A DNA stretch of 43,373 nt from Methanobacteriota archaeon. Its GTDB lineage: Archaea > Halobacteriota > Syntropharchaeia > Alkanophagales > Methanospirareceae. How positions within the stretch are numbered: the first letter of the stretch is position 1; every line of letters starts with the position of its first letter. A program made the position numbers and the translations under genes. This document shows positions 42,054-43,373 of this stretch, in pieces. The stretch lies in the NCBI GenBank assembly GCA_034660415.1, contig JAYEJE010000084.1, positions 1-43,373 on the forward strand. Reading direction: 5' to 3'. The notes below the pieces were generated by a model. That model did not search any database and had not been told where the DNA came from. It worked only from the letters and a program-made list of their open reading frames with translations.

Positions 42054-42719
42054 TTATATCTTCATAAAATAAACAAGTATGCCCAAAATAATTAATACTA
42101 TTCCTGTGACAATTTTATCATGACGCTCTAAGAAACGCCACTCTATTTTCGCCACTCCTTTCAGACCCAAATTCACCATCAAAACCATGCCGAGAACTGT
42201 CACACCTACATATATGACGAGAACAGAGGATATACCAATCCAACCAAATGTTCCAGCGGTGAAACAATAAGCTCCAATTCCAACACAAGGTGAAAGAAAT
42301 AATGCGATGCCCAAAGAAGAAATTAATGCCAATTTCGGCTTTTTTGACGCTCCTTCTGTTTCTATTATTGGAGAGTGATGCTGACTGGGGTCCTCAAATT
42401 TAAACTTAAGTTTAAAATCGAGAAATAGATAAATGACACCCAAAACAACCAGAATCATGGGTGCGGAAAATCTCATTATTAGTTCATAAGTGGAAGAGAG
42501 TTTGTAGCCAATTAGACCAAGAAGAACACCAACTGAGATAGTGCTGATTATGTGTGGAATAGCAACGAGAGCAGTAGCTCCTAAGGTCTCTCCGTGCGTC
42601 CAATTCTCAGCTTTGCTGACTACGACGATAGGAATCCAGTGATTTGGCATCGGGGCATGAGCTACCGACAGAACCAATGCACCAAATAGAACATGCATCA
42701 ACTGCAAATTCATATCCAT
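42054..42719 (-). CDS. Polytopic membrane protein, a possible NicO/RcnA-like metal transporter
   Basis: HAPMPNHW in TM1 resembles the HAxxPGH-type motif. There is a central loop with HH and acidic residues. Weak assignment. Confidence 0.35.
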   Translation of the reverse strand: MDMNLQLMHVLFGALVLSVAHAPMPNHWIPIVVVSKAENWTHGETLGATALVAIPHIISTISVGVLLGLIGYKLSSTYELIMRFSAPMILVVLGVIYLFLDFKLKFKFEDPSQHHSPIIETEGASKKPKLALISSLGIALFLSPCVGIGAYCFTAGTFGWIGISSVLVIYVGVTVLGMVLMVNLGLKGVAKIEWRFLERHDKIVTGIVLIILGILVYFMKI

Positions 42720-42740
42720 ACTTATATTCTCTTTTCCTCC

Positions 42741-43166
42741 TCAAAAAAGTTGCTCGTTTAGCTGTTGCAGAATCTTCGTGAAAGTTACAATTTCATCCTC
42801 GCTTAGCAAAGACATCAACTCCTCGGTTAAATGCTGATGATGCTTGTGGTGATCTTCAAAGGCTTTCTTACCCGCGGGCGTAAGCTCTATTATATACGCT
42901 CTTCGATCTTCTTTCGTCGTCCCTCGTTTCGCATACCCTTTCTTCTCCAATCTATCCACCGTTACCGTGATGGTTCCGGTAGTGACCCCAAGCTTCTCCG
43001 CCAGCATCTTCATCTTCATTTCACCATGAGCACCCAGGATTTCAATGGCGTGGGTTTCTGAAAGCGTGAGGTCACTGGATCGTATTACCGAAGTTTCCCA
43101 GGAAGAGAACCGGTTAAAGAAGTTAATCATCTCATTCGTTAGTCGTTCCACATCGCCACCGCTCAT
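42741..43166 (-). CDS. MarR-family regulator with a His cluster, possibly an AdcR/ZitR-like metal sensor
   Basis: The MarR wHTH is LAEKLGVTTGTITVTVDRLEKKGYAKR. EDHHKHHQHL sits in the C-terminal helix, and ETHAIEIL in helix 2 is where AdcR places its metal ligands. Confidence 0.65.
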   Translation of the reverse strand: MSGGDVERLTNEMINFFNRFSSWETSVIRSSDLTLSETHAIEILGAHGEMKMKMLAEKLGVTTGTITVTVDRLEKKGYAKRGTTKEDRRAYIIELTPAGKKAFEDHHKHHQHLTEELMSLLSEDEIVTFTKILQQLNEQLF

Positions 43167-43373
43167 TTTTTTTCATCACTTATTTAGATAATCATATTGT
43201 ATAGTATTTAAACTATTTGGGTATTAAAATACTAAACCCTTTTCTTTCTATGGGGTCAAAATAAGGTTGGATTTTTAGGTTACTAAAATCCACCCACTGC
43301 ATCGCATTCTACCTCTATGTGTTGAATCAGAGGTTCCTCACTAAAAAGCGATAGTGATATATAGTAGTGGAAC

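Overview
The window looks like an archaeal accessory region, probably from a methanogen- or ANME-like euryarchaeon. Four things point to Archaea: an initiator tRNA-Met with an A1:U72 pair, an EndoQ gene, PGF-CTERM sorting signals, and TATA-box promoters.

The left ~8.5 kb is mixed housekeeping and mobile DNA. It holds a partial IS66-like transposase, an AsnB-like/Dph6-like fusion enzyme, tRNAi-Met, EndoQ, a decayed ABC-exporter remnant, an AbiEi/AbiEii toxin-antitoxin pair and a secreted M14 carboxypeptidase.

From ~8.7 kb to the right edge almost every gene is on the minus strand, and together they form a dense metal-acquisition island:
- four surface-anchored proteins of unknown function;
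- two complete Feo loci with split FeoB and 13 FeoA domains in total;
- a sensor-less histidine kinase;
- a secreted double-CbiX chelatase fusion;
- a DtxR-family regulator;
- a secreted ZinT/YodA-like protein;
- an FAD oxidoreductase with a DUF1641 partner;
- a FeoC-like protein;
- a PAN-like AAA ATPase;
- a HemN/ChuW-like radical SAM enzyme preceded by an untracked 57-aa Cys-rich ORF;
- a flavodoxin;
- a FecCD/FepC-type ABC importer with no binding protein;
- methyltransferases and methyltransferase fragments;
- a MarR regulator with two metal transporters.

Two signals stand out:
1. A ~75-100 bp promoter/operator cassette sits upstream of at least 11 transcription units, plus one core-only copy and one truncated copy. 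It carries five pentamer half-sites (TTAGG, CCTAA, TTCGG, CCGAA, TTAGG) at invariant offsets 0, +21, +31, +50 and +60, and the first pair brackets a TATA-like box.
2. A ~140-aa domain I cannot place recurs in five proteins, four of them secreted.

All functional calls come from reading motifs by eye. No database search was possible.
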